A stretch of DNA of 63,728 bases, filler included, from Dicyema japonicum (GCA_011109175.1; 10 parts of 10 records of this genome joined end to end with filler, not necessarily neighbours in it), one strand, 5' to 3'; counted from the first letter of the whole stretch, positions 50,100 through 63,193 are shown. Notes: generated by a model from the letters alone, not told the origin. Program-made: numbers and translations.

Positions 50100-50849
50100 T
50101 CGTCTGAGGTACTTGACTAAAGACTACATAGGTAAAAAAACCAGTAATGGCAAAAATTAATGTAATTTTATAAAAAAATTCAAAATCCTAAATAGTTTAC
50201 GGATTTGTTTGTATCTATTAATTAAGTCATTTTATCCTTTAGTGACAGTTTCTCTCTTGGTTTTTACAAAATTCAATATATTTTTCGAGTGATTGCGTAT
50301 TCGTGCTTTTTGGGTGTTCCAATAATGGCTTAATAGTTTCGTTAAAAAATCACACAACATTGCAAAAAATGGTTGAATAGATCGTTTGTATTTTAAATTA
50401 TTATGTAAAAATCACCATGATGTTTACTAATTCTGCGGAAAGACCCAGCCCTATCAGCATCGACTTCAACTATTCCATTGTTTCTCCCGGGAATCGACGT
50501 ATTTCCTGTATGTCCATTTATCGAGGATTTTTCACGTTTGGCGGATGTGTCACCCGACTTGCTCATTGGTAGGGCAACTACAAATATGACCTAAAAATGA
50601 TTGAATAGTTGTTCCAATACACTTCCATAAATTTTCAAAAAATACTGGACAAAACTCTTTTGAATTCGTATTTTTGAGATCTCTTGATAAAATTTTACTT
50701 GTCCTTTTTTCTATAAATTGATATCACATGGATCCTGTTCAAATTTGATTGAATCTATAAATTTTATTGCATCCATAATGGTAAAAAAAATCTTGGCATT
50801 TTCTTATTTCCAAATAATTGGATAGCCGGGTGACTAGAATATTCCCAAG

Positions 50850-51120
50850 GAAGACTTGTCTTTTCCGTTATCCATCTCCCTCTGCTTTGCGCATCTGTCC
50901 GTAGATCTTCTAGGTCACTGCAGATTAAAGTTTCTTCCAATTCCGTTAATATCCTTGTTTAGAGCCACAGAGAGGGTGACTCTAGGCCTTCCTCTGAACG
51001 ATGGTTTGTTCTCATTGTTCCTATTTTTAGTAACCTAAGTTACCACTAATAACAGAGGAGACCTAATCCAACGTGACCAGAACAGAACCCGAACCCAAAG
51101 AGCTGGTAAAGGATCAAGGA
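50850..51120 (-). mobile_element. RTE-like LINE C-terminal fragment
   Basis: FRGRPRVTLSVALNKDI..DLEDLRTDAQSRGRW resembles the terminal motif of RTE-type ORFs. Confidence 0.5.
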
Positions 51121-51257
51121 AAGACCATCTAGCAAAGATAATGCGATTATCAATTTCGTCTGGATAAACTCATAAAAAACAAAAATATATATATTTTTTT
51201 AAAAAAAATATATATTTTTTAAAATTATTTAAATAAAAATAGACAGAATTAATTAAA

Positions 51258-52426
51258 ATGATCAACATAATTTTCCTTGTTATATTTTTGAATAACTTTA
51301 ATTCATCCAAAATTCATTTCAAATACGAATCAATCAATTATTCACCTAAAGACTATGAATATTATGAAATCCAATGGAATGATTTCATAGAAAAATATAG
51401 TTAAATTTATTTTTACTTATTTTAAGATAAATCATATTCTGGCTTAGAACTACAGGTTAGAAAGGCTATTTTTACTGAAAACTTAATCTTCATTGACAAC
51501 CACAATTTACTTTTTAATCAAGGAAGATTTTTGTATGAATTGGGAATCAATCAGTTCGCTGACCTGGTTTAATTACAATATATTTTTGTAGACAAGAAGG
51601 GAATTTAAAAAACCAAACAAATTCAAGTTTAATTCTTATTCTAATCAAACAAACACAGATGAATTATTAGAAGATTATAATATGTATGCAAATAAAGCAA
51701 AATATCCCAAATCATTTAGTTGGGTAAAACGAAACTGTGTAACTGATATAAAAATGCAAGGAGGTTTTTGTGGGTCTTGCTATGCATTTGGAGCAGTTAA
51801 CGAATGTTTAATGTATTTAGTTGGCAACGTTGGAGTCACATTTAGCAATCAAACACAGTATTCTTAAATCTATGAGTGAACAAAACATAGTAGATTGTCT
51901 AGATCATGGATGCAGAGGTGGATCTGTCAAAGATGTTTATGATTACATTAAAAATAACGGTGGAATTAATTCTGAAAAACGATATCCATATGTGGCTAAA
52001 GTAATATCTCTATCGATAACTCTATAGGAGGGTAAATGTAAATATGATGGTAAACCAAATATTAAACTTAAATTGACTGATTATAAAAGACTTGATGATG
52101 GTGACGAAGAAATGCTTATGCGCTATCTCATTAATGTTGGTCCTATTACTGTTCTAGTTGATGGGTCTTTTGTAAGCATGCAAACTTATCTCCGAGGTAA
52201 ATATAAATGAAACGTTTTAGGAGTATACCATATCAGGAATTGTTATAACTTGGATTATAATCATGTAATTTCTGTTGTTGGTTATGGAACTATGAAAGGT
52301 GAAAAGTATTGGCTTATCAAAAATGGATGGGGAAAAGCATGGGGAATACATGGATACTTCAAACTGTCACGTGGGAAATATAACTGTGGATTTCCTTCCG
52401 ATCCAGTTTATCCTATAATCGAATAA
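51258..52426 (+). CDS. CTSL: Cathepsin L-like papain-family (C1A) cysteine protease, intact, 6 exons
   Basis: Hydrophobic N-terminus, ERFNIN motif (ELQVRKAIFTENLIFIDNHN), GINQFADL, catalytic QGGFCGSCYAF, NHVISVVGYG and IKNGWG. Introns of 26, 25, 25, 27 and 24 nt. Confidence 0.93.
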
Positions 52427-52573
52427 TTTGATCGTTTGATTAGTTAACTTTTCGTTTTTAAGGGATTAAATGGNNNNNNNNNNNNNNNNNNNNNNNNNNN
52501 NNNNNNNNNNNNNNNNNTTAATTAATTAANNNNNNNNNNNNNNNNNNNNNNNNNNNNNNNNNNNNNNNNNNNN

Positions 52574-55360
52574 TTTTTTTACTTTATATCGTATCTTTAT
52601 AGCAATAATAGCAACTTTTAATTTTTAACAATATTTTCAATACTTGACTTTTTTTCCTTTTTACTTTTCTTCCATTTTTGAAATTTTTTCCCTTATAAAT
52701 TTCCAATATTTAGCGCAAAACGGAAAAAAAGTCAAGTCCGTAATTTCGTTAACGAACTTGACTTATTTTCCGTCTTTGAAATAATCGCTTTTTCTTAATC
52801 AGTTTTAAGAATTTCAAGGTAATAATAAAGTTGACTTGACTTATTTGCTTTGGTAAATCTTTTTGGCTTAATCAATTTCAAGGCGTTGACCTTTCAAGCA
52901 TTGATCTTCATTGATATTTGACCATTCAAGCATTAGTTTTGACCCCAATGCTTGAAGGGTCAACACTAATGCTTGCGCTTTCGACGTTAAACCTTGAAAA
53001 ACCCGTATCTTAACTATTATGCATGCCGGAAAAATAAGTGACAAAATGGAGATAATATCATCTAACAAAGGAGGAAAAAAAAATTGTTTCAAAGGTTATA
53101 TGTATACAAGGCACTCGACAACAAAAAATTATATAATTTTTAATTGTGTTAAAAAATCTTCACAAGGATGCAGAGGAAGCTTAAGAACAGATCATAACTT
53201 TGAGTTTCCCAAAGAAGGTATCTCTCACAATCACGAATTGGACGAAACTCAAATAAAACTGATGAAGTTGTGCAACAAACCAAAACTTATTGCAAAAAAG
53301 AGCCAAGAGAACCTTTCAAAAATATATTCAAATGTTGTTTCTCAATGTGATACAGCATCCTGATGAAGTTGTGCAACAAAGCAAAACTTATTGCAAAAAA
53401 GAGCCAAGAGAATCCTTTACAAATCTATTCAAATGTTGTTTCTCAATGTGATACAGCATCCAGAATTATTCTCCTTTCAGCAGATTCTTTCAAGCGAACA
53501 ATAAGGAATCAACGCTTGTCTCTACCTATTCCAAAAAATATTCTAGATCTCGAAGATATTCCATCATTTTTAACTTTAACTCTTGGTCCAGATTCAGAAA
53601 ACTTTTCAATTTATGATAATCATAGAAAAAACGATAGAATTTTAATATTCAGCACCAATACTAATTTAACGTTATTGGCAAATTTCAAAGCATGGTATAT
53701 GGATGGAAATTTCTTTATGGCACCATGCATATTCAAGCAAATATATTTTATCAGAATTGAGTTCAATTCCAGTCCAATTACAGCTATTTATGGAATATTA
53801 CCTTCTAAATCAAGAAAGATTTACGAGGAATTTTTTGAGACTATTCAAAATGCAATTAATAATTTGAATTTGGAATTTTGTCTTAAAACTATTATGGCAG
53901 ACTTTGAAGATTCTGTATTTCGAGCTGTCCTTGCAGTATTTGGGAGAGGAATACATATTAGAGGATGTTATTATCATCTAAGGCAGTCAACCTGGAGAAA
54001 AATTCAAGAATTGCATTTAGTAAGAGAATATAAAGAAAATATTAATTTCAACATTTTTTCCGCTATGATAGACGCTCTTGCGTTTTTGCCCATTCAAGAT
54101 ATGAAAGAAGAAATAGAATTCCTAATAAATAATATACCAGAAGATGCTCTAGATTCAAAATATATAGTAGATTATTTTGATTGAACATATATTCGTGGTT
54201 ATTATCGTTGCTTGAATAATCATGAAAACCCTATAGCTGTTAGAATACAGCACATTTCTCCATTGTTCCCTCCAATTTTATGGAATGTGTATAAAGCCAT
54301 GCTGTATAATGACCAAAGAACAAACAACTATTGTGAAGGATAGAACAATAAATTATGCTATTTGACGGGATATCGTCATCCATCGATATGGAATATTATA
54401 TCGTCTTTTCAAAAAGAAGAAAAAATGACGAAAACTACTACTTACCAAGATTCCATAGGGAAATAAATTACGACAAGAAAAAACAAAAATACAATCGATC
54501 GACAAAAAAGGCTGTTAAATATATGTCTGGATCGCCAAGACGGAGAACAAATGACGAAAACCATTACTTACCAAGATTCCGTAGGAAAAAAAATCACGAC
54601 GAGAAAAAACAAAAATACAATCGATCGACAAAAAAGGCTGTTAAATATATGCCTGGATCGCCAAGACGGAGAAAAAACAGTAGGAGAAATCCTCAAAGCA
54701 ATTGCATGGAATATTAAATATTCTTTTGATTCAAATTAAATAATCCTTTCATTCACGTTTAATAAAAATCTTTTTTAAATATTTAAAAAAGTTAAAAAAT
54801 AAAAAAAATCTGTACTACTTTAAGAATTTTTGTAAAATTTATGTGATTTATTTTCCGGAAGAAATGAAACAGAATAGATAAAACAAAGGAAGCCAGCTAT
54901 TTCGACAGGCGAGAAACTGACGCGAACGAAAAAAAGTTTGAGCATACAATTCAAGAGATATCAGATTCAAAAAACCGATCTCCTGAACGAAGCTTTTAAA
55001 ATTTATTTTCACGACGTGTTGTTTAGCTGTGGCGGAACATTTTAATAAAATTACAAGCTAAAGCATTAACATCAGCCAAAATGAACAATTTAAATAATTT
55101 GTTTTTTTAAACTCGCTTACTTAAAAATAAAACAATCATACATAAAAATTTTAATTTATAAACGGAAAAAAAGTCAAGTTCGTTAACGAAATTACGGACT
55201 TGACTTTTTTTCCGTTTTGCACTAAATTTCGCAAATTTATAAGGGAAAACATTTCAAAAATAGAAAAAAAGTAAAGCGGAAAAAAAGTCAAGTATTGAAA
55301 AAAATGTTAAAAATTAAAAGTTGCTATTATTGCTATAAATATAGGATATAAAGTAAAAAA
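52574..55360 (+). mobile_element. Mutator/MULE transposon with FLYWCH-type N-terminus and long TIRs (both tips run into gaps)
   Basis: More than 200 bp of inverted repeat at each end (ACTTGACTTTTTTTCC modules). ORFs 53019-54184 have KGYMYTRH..FNC..C..HNH, WYMDGNFFMAP, IMADFE and GCYYHLRQSTWRKIQ. Confidence 0.9.
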
Positions 55361-55448
55361 NNNNNNNNNNNNNNNNNNNNNNNNNNNNNNNNNNNNNNNN
55401 NNNNNNNNNNNNNNNNNNNNNNNNNNNNNGACCTGGTTTGATGTAACC

Positions 55449-55660
55449 CTATTCTAACGCCTGTTGATAAACGATGTTTGTGGTCCATCCTTCCTTCGCA
55501 TATATGAATAAATTTTCTCTTCTGCCTACCCTCGAGCATCCCACATACAGCTGTCCATGTGAAAAGCAGTCGCTTTCTAAAAATAAGCCAACTACCTTTA
55601 ATGACTGTCCCTGGGGCTTGTTTATTGTCATCGCAAAACTCATCCTCAACGCAAATTAGA
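55449..55660 (-). mobile_element. Helitron PIF1-helicase C-terminal fragment
   Basis: RMSFAMTINKPQGQSLKVVGLFLESDCFSHGQLYVGCSRVG..TTNIVYQQAL. Confidence 0.85.
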
Positions 55661-56181
55661 TTAGGAAGAGAGGCATACCGAAAATAATTTGTATCTTTAC
55701 GAAAAACTTAATTAAATAGTTAATATTTCTACGAAAATTCTTCTAATTTCGCTGTCAATTGGTGGTCAATTGTGTTAATGATTGTGCTAATGTGGTTAAA
55801 TAAGTGTTAAAGTGGTTGTCAAATCTGTTAATAGGCATACCGAAAATAATTTGTATCTTTACGAAAAACTTAATTAAATAGTTAATATTTCTACGAAAAT
55901 TCTTCTAATTTCGCTGTCAATTGGTGGTCAATTGTGTTAATGATTGTGCTAATGTGGTTAAATAAGTGTTAAAGTGGTTGTCAAATCTATTAATTGCACA
56001 CTCTGGCAAGGTCAAATATGATAATAGCTTTAATCTTGATTCATGGTCGATAATGATATATTGGCATTTAATTTTAAAGGANNNNNNNNNNNNNNNNNNN
56101 NNNNNNNNNNNNNNNNNNNNNNNNNTTAATTAATTAANNNNNNNNNNNNNNNNNNNNNNNNNNNNNNNNNNNNNNNNNNNN

Positions 56182-56850
56182 TTTTTTTAGAGCACATTTT
56201 TTCCCAGAACGACATACAATCCTCATCATCGAAACTATGTAACGTTACTTGATTGCTTGTTGATAGTTTCCGACAAAATCTTCTTCGATTTAATTCAAAA
56301 CAACAGTTGTCCTTACGAAAGTCCTTACTCGAATAATGTGCAGCCATTTGCTTCTTAATTCTGACAAGGTCACATAGTAGAGCTTCAATCCTGACAAGCT
56401 CCCCTTTTTGCCCCTTTTGTATCAATAGGCACAAAGAACATCCATAACCTTTTGTCTTTCGAACGTAGGGAAAGCCTGTCTGAAAAAAATATTGACAAAT
56501 TCTAGTTCTGCTATCAGCTTTGAGATTTTCTTCCCAATGTTATACAACCACGTACTCTCGGCTTAACCTTCGCAGTTAAAACCATAGAAGCACACTGTAC
56601 AGCATATAGAATATCAGTAATTTGATTAATATCTTGAGGCGGATTATCTATCGTAATACGATAAATTGCAGAATTTACTCCCAACAAAACATTAACTCTG
56701 ACATAATTTCTCTGAATTCTGGGTGTTGGCTTTTGAGTATTCCTCGGGATTGACTTAATTTTCTCAATTTGGACTTTTAGGTCCTCTAGGCAATTTCTGA
56801 AGGTGGAAATTTCCACATTAATATTATTTTGCCCTTTGAAACATTCGCTT
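56182..56850 (-). mobile_element. R4-like N-terminal (pre-RT) fragment
   Basis: RKDNCCFELNRRRFCRKL and the upstream ITDILYAVQ segment; homologous to 61294-61641. Confidence 0.6.
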
Positions 56851-58899
56851 CCATTTTTTTCATTTTTATTCTAATTTTCAGGTTTCAGTATCTTCTTTAG
56901 CTGCCATAAGTTGGAACACTTGGAGTACTTTTCATTGAACTTTTCAAGTACGAGGTTCCCCCACCTCTAGGTATTCGTAAAATTTAATAATAAATATTTT
57001 AAATTAGATTGATATAAAATTTTTAAATTTATATAAATTAATTCTATGTCACGTTTTATTATTGTTTTTGTGATGCATGGCTAGAAGGTCGTTTGCTAAT
57101 TTAATCGGCTGCCAACAACATGCAACATTAATAATGGCTCTTTCTGAGATCATTACATTAAATATATCAATTATTTATTTTCTTAGAATAGAACATTACC
57201 AAGTAAACATTGTCATTCCACATACATTCCCTTAGAACAAGTAGTATTTAAAATTTTGTGTTGATTCTTATTGGATGCTAGGTTTTAGAATCTTTTTAAC
57301 AACGCAAATCATCCTAGGTTTTAGAATCTTTTGAACAACTCTAAGCATACGAAAGCGTTTTCACTTTCCCAACAAACTCTTAGCTTTTCCCAGAAGTCGT
57401 TCCACTTTTCATTAACCATTTCCACAAGGGTGCATTTTAAAGTTTCCTAGCTTCTTTAAATCCACACCGATTATTCTACTGAGCTTCTTTGGTCATGAGA
57501 TTATATCTAATAATTCCTTGGAAATCTTTTCAGACATGCTTCTTTAAATCCACACCGATTATTCTACTGAGCTTCTTTGGTCTTGAGATTATATCTAATA
57601 ATTCCTTGGAAATCTTTTCAGACATGCTTCTTTGAGCTCAGCACAGTCAGGTTGTTTGAGTGCTTTATAGTGGTGTCAGTCGTTTTCGTATCGCTTTCAC
57701 TAAGAGGTTCAGCTTTCTTGGTTAAGGGTCTTGGGTTGGTCACCGATATAGGCATTCCATTTGAGGATGTAAATTCTTCCGATCTGCACGGCGTCTTGTC
57801 TTCCTCCGCGAAGGATTTAACAATTGCAGTTCCCGGAAGGCGAGAAGAGTTGTTGTGCTTTGTTGCTCTTGTATTTTTGTCTATGCTACCATGGTTTTTA
57901 TTAATCGTACCTCCAATTAATTCGAAAATTAATAAAGAAAGGGAGATTCTTTGAGGACACCATTCTGGAGTAGACGGGATCTCGATATTATGTGGCTTAT
58001 AATTAATTACACCGGTAAGAAAATTGGCTATCCATTGTTTTAAAGTCGGATGAATGGAGGTGTTAAAGACCTTTTTTGTTAGTAGGATTCTTGGAAAAAA
58101 ATTCGTAAAATTTAATAATAATTATTTTAAATTAAATTGATCTAAAATTTTTAAATTTATATAAATTAATTTTATGTCACGTTTTATTATTATTTTTGTG
58201 ATGCATGGCTAGAAGGTCGTTTGCTGATGTAATCGGCTGCCAACACCATGCAACATTAATAATGGCTCTTTCTGAGATCATTACATTAAATATATCAATT
58301 ATTTATTTTCTTGGCATAGAACATTGCCTAATAAATTCTGTTCTATTGATCAGGTCACTTTATTTTCCCTCAGAATAGGTAGTATCTGAAATATGATGTT
58401 CAGCGAGAAAAGTAGCCTTTTGTCTGCATTGATTCACGCATGAGGGACGAGATTATTTTTTGTACCTGGTTGAGACTTAATGTTCTAGCAGTTTATTCTC
58501 AAGATTTCATGCAGATTGAAAAAGGCTGGAGGTTCTTCCTTTTGATTTTCCCTGTTAATAATGTACTTTGTCTTTCAGAAAACTGTACATGAATATGACA
58601 AAAAACTTAAGTTTCCTGATTCGGTTTGAACCTCTAGTAAGATAATAACCGAATGTATAACTTATTCTCTACTTGATTGTTGAGGATAAAACTTTCNNNN
58701 NNNNNNNNNNNNNNNNNNNNNNNNNNNNNNNNNNNNNNNNTTAATTAATTAANNNNNNNNNNNNNNNNNNNNNNNNNNNNNNNNNNNNNNNNNNNNTAAG
58801 GAGAATTATTGGGACCATTCTGACAATAAGACCTCAACATAAGAGTTAATTAAGATGTTTCACTCCAACAGAAAAAACCACGACTACGAACAGAAATAT

Positions 58900-59340
58900 C
58901 TACAACCTCCAAAAATCGAAAAAACTAAAAACCATCCACAATCGAGTACTTACGACTATTATAAAGCCACAGAGAACTTACAATATCAATACAAAATTTT
59001 CAACACAGAACAATCCCGGTCCTCTTGGGGAAGAGCTGTCAGTACTAACGTAGAAACCTGCAAAACCAAATAACCCTGAACAGTCCTCACCCAATAATTC
59101 TTCTTGCTACACTATAAAAAACACTGTCAGTCGTTATACTCTGTAGAATCATAAGTTCGACGAATATCTGTCCCCTGATTAAAATGGATTCCGCAGTGGA
59201 AGGTTTACTGGTTTGTGTCCACGTGCCAGAGATACAAAACGTCACTCACGTTTATAGATTTTTCGAGAAACTTTGATAAAATAAACAGAGGCAAGTTAAT
59301 AAAGGTCCTCGAAAGAATTATCGCCAGACAACACACGAAT
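58900..59340 (+). mobile_element. LINE (RTE/CR1-type) RT fragment
   Basis: NGFRSGR followed by LTFIDFSRNFDKINRGKLIKVL. Confidence 0.5.
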
Positions 59341-59869
59341 AACAATTCAAATACACATTCCTTGCCGTTAAAATGGGAGATACAAAGTCAAAATATTTTC
59401 AGAATGCGTGCATGGGTCCTCCCATCAAAAATGCAAAACAAGCATATTTCAGGACGACTTGCAGTATCAAGCATGGAGGTTCATCTCCCATTTTGTTAAG
59501 AATATAAGCTTTCCTAAGAACTTTCACAAAAAACTTGCCGTTAAAATGGGAGATACAAAGTCAAAATATTTTCAGAATGCGTGCATGGGTCCTCCCATCA
59601 AAAATGCAAAACAAGCATATTTCAGGACGACTTGCAGTATCAAGCATGGAGGTTCATCTCCCATTTTGTTAAGAATATAAGCTTTCCTAAGAACTTTCAC
59701 AAAAAAACTCCAAGCCGATGTTACAGACTTTATCCACGAAAACGCTTATGAAATCAAGGGAACACCTACTTCCTGTCTTTTCAAGTCAAGGAAACCGGTA
59801 CTTAACAGGAATAAATAAATATTCCTAAAATATTTCTAACAAATAATTTAAAAAAATAAAAATCAATTA

Positions 59870-60430
59870 AATAAATGCGTCGAACACCAATGTCGCTGTG
59901 GAGGGATCGTCGATTCCAAAGGGCTGCACCCGCTCTCGTGCAAAAGGAGCGCGGGCAGAGCACCCCGCCATGCTGCTATGAACAACATTGTCTTGAGAGC
60001 CCTTGAAGCGGCAGGCTTCCCGTACTGGAACCTGTGGGATTGGATCGCGGAGATGGGAAAAGACCGGATGGGTTAATTATCTTTCCGTTCACTGAGGGAA
60101 AATCGCTCGTATGGGACTGCACTGTTGTGGATTCTTTCTCGAACTCGATGATGCTCAGCTCGGCGCAGTCTGCTGGATTGGCACCCGATCTGGCCGAGAA
60201 AATCAAGATTAAATAATATGGCGAAATTGGAGACCGCTACCGTTTTATACCGGTAGCAATCGAGACGTCTGGTGCGGCTGGAAGTATTACAGCCTCTTTC
60301 CTAAAGGAAATCGGGGGAAAATTGGCCCACCGCAAGAAAGACGTGCGGGAAGCGGTCTGGCTGAGGCAAAGAATTGGTATCGCAGTTGTTCGCGGAAACG
60401 CTTACTCCGTGATGTCAGCAGCCGCTCTCC
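59870..60430 (+). mobile_element. CRE-like retrotransposon 3' end with RLE endonuclease (last ~130 bp duplicated at 60485-60615)
   Basis: HQCRCGGIVDSKGLHPLSCKRSAGRAPRH, GLDRGDGKRPDG..SLVWDCTVVDS and FIPVAIETSG..WLRQRIGIAVVRGNA; followed by an AT-rich tail. Confidence 0.88.
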
Positions 60431-61189
60431 CCCATAGTTAATAAATAATATTTTATTGTTAATAAATTTTTGATAATTAAAAAAACGGGGGAAAATTGGC
60501 CCACCGCAAGAAAGACGTGCGGGAAGCGGTCTGGCTGAGGCAAGGAATTGGTATCGCAGTTGTTCGCGGAAACGCTTACTCCGTGATGTCAGCAGCCGCT
60601 CTCCCCCATAGTTAATAAATAATATTTTATTGTTAATAAATTTTTGATGGTTAAAAAAAATTAAATAAATAAAGTTATTTGAAATTATCATTTTTGTCCT
60701 GACTAGGTTATTATTTGAATTATTATATTCTTTGATCATATTATGAAGAAAAATTTTCTTGTGGTGACGTGCTTGCTTGTTTTTACTGTTGACAAAGAAG
60801 CATTTTCATCGGACCTATCTACGAAAAATTTTGATAGAGAAACCAATTGTAACGTAGATCAAGTGGTCCATGGGCTGTGTGGGACTCAAAAAAAGACTAC
60901 CTCCTAGTCTGGTGTCACAGCCAGATTGCCATGCAAATCTCCTTCCTTTAAATGCTATTATCGACCAAGTGGATTTTAAAGACAGTTGAGTGAACGTCTG
61001 AAGTTGTTCGAGCTGTTCAAGCAAGATTAGGAGAATTCCACGTGGTGGGTGGCCGTTAATCACTCGACTTTTAATGAGAAGATTGGTATGTTTAAATCGA
61101 TTGCAAACTTGAAGAGGTTGGCCAAGTTAAAGTTGTCAAAATCCAAGCCATCTATGAATATTGATACTGGGAATAATACATAGTGTCCA

Positions 61190-61641
61190 AATTAATCGTG
61201 TAAAATCCATGTCTAGTGTATTACGAAAGCCTACCAAAAAGTCCCCTTCCAACTTCTCAACAAAGAAGTTCTCTCGGAGATTAACTCTTCAATATGGCAA
61301 TATGTCAATTTCTGTGGATTAAGCGCATACAAGGAAGACTTCTGAAGTTGAATAAACAGCTCAAGCAAATCTCGGTGCTTGTCGAACAGAAGAGAAATAA
61401 GAGGTTCGATGACGATACGAGGGATAAACTGTGCCAATATGGATATCGAAAGTCGAAGAAGGATGAATTGGGAAGAATAGTTAGTTGCATTCAGAATGAA
61501 ACAAAGATCGAGGAGAAAAAACTCAGAATACATGAATCCCGGAAGGAATTAAGAAAACAAAAATGGTGTTTCGAACTAAATCGGAGGCTTTATTACAGAA
61601 AGTTAAATGGAGAAACTAGAGAAATAGTCTCCATAGTTTAA
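61190..61641 (+). mobile_element. R4-like N-terminal fragment
   Basis: EEKKLRIHESRKELRKQKWCFELNRRLYYRKL. Confidence 0.6.
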
Positions 61642-63193
61642 AAAAAAAGGGGAGCAACAATGTAGAAAAAATATAGAAATTATAGATTACCACCAACATA
61701 GAGATCGCTACCCCCTATTAAGACAAGACTTGACACAAATGCATTAACCAGAAAATAGCCATAATATAACCAAGAGAATACGACAAAGTACCAAGTGATT
61801 GAAAAAAAGCAACAATCCCTTTTCAAAATAACCAGAAAGTGCTGTANTACCAAGTGATTGAAAAAAGCAACAATCCTTTTTCAAAATAACCAGAAAGTGT
61901 TGTAAAATGTACAAAAATAAAGATCAAAAAATATAATTTCTATCTGGTAAGCGTGGGGTTAATAAATAAATCTTCGATAAATTTCCAAAAAATACGGATA
62001 ATATTGAAGCAAACAACCTTACATTGGACAATCATATTATGAGAAAAAGTATAAATGTCCAATTTAATAAAAAATCTTTATAAATCAATATATATTAAAT
62101 TCCTCAAAAATACATTTTCTAATAATGAAAAATAAAACAGAAGTAATCAATAGTGCAAAAAATCTTCATATTTGTGGTTATCTAAATATACATGAAAACA
62201 TTTAAATAACAGCCTCGCCACAATATTGGTTTACTTCAATAATGTTTAATACTAGATATTAAGAATTTAGTAGGAAATACAAACAATAAACAAGAAAAGA
62301 ATTATGAACCACAAAAGTATGGTCCAAAACGCCGCGCTTAAGCGTTAATGTCGTAGAACGGTTTGCCACATAAATTATTATTAAATAAAATAATTAAGAA
62401 TAGCCTGCGCTCAGTCTGCACGACAGTTGATGGTAGCCATTTTGATCGATCAAACGTCCACAACGNNNNNNNNNNNNNNNNNNNNNNNNNNNNNNNNNNN
62501 NNNNNNNNNTTAATTAATTAANNNNNNNNNNNNNNNNNNNNNNNNNNNNNNNNNNNNNNNNNNNNCCTGTTCAGAGCTCCAGGAACTGTCTCAGATGGTC
62601 ACGAACATAATGCTCTTAATAAGAACAGTAACCACCACAGTAAACTGGACAGTCTAGAAAATTTAACGATTCCTATACCGCTGCAAATCAATGAATGAAC
62701 TCACGAATTCTCCCCATTAACCACAAACCAGCAAGCTAATACACTAAACGAGGCAGTACTGGTCTCCCTGTGAGTGCTCAAGTTTGACATTTGTTTATTG
62801 ATTGTGACAATAATATCGGTATCTGCGGTTTCCCATCAGTCATCATTAACCATGAAAAAATGGAAATTCAAATATTATCTGTTAAGTGGTTATCAGAGTT
62901 GATTAAAGTGAATTTTAAAAACTGTCGACGTTGAATATCTGCGGTTTCCCATCAGTCATCATTAACCATGAAAAGATGGAAACTCAAATATTATCTGTTA
63001 AGTGGTTATCAGAGTTGATTAAAGTGAATTTTGAAAACTGTCGGCGTTAAATGAAGAAAATAAAAAATACGTTAATTAATGAACAGATTAAGATAAATAT
63101 TATAAAAAGCTGAATAAATTTACAATAAAATTAAAATTAAATAAAATTGTTAAATAATTATAAATTTGCTCGTTGTTGTGCCTTGTTACTGTT

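Noticed and set aside
15393-61183. Host-wide TAA/TAG-to-Gln genetic code
   Set aside because: Hsp110 (TAG), cathepsin L, HP1 and UBE2J1 (TAA) end on these codons at plausible C-termini, and the intact genes contain no internal TAR after splicing.
15081-62565. Recurrent TTAATTAATTAA as a biological motif
   Set aside because: It is always centred in N runs of near-constant length; it is a synthetic six-frame-stop contig linker.
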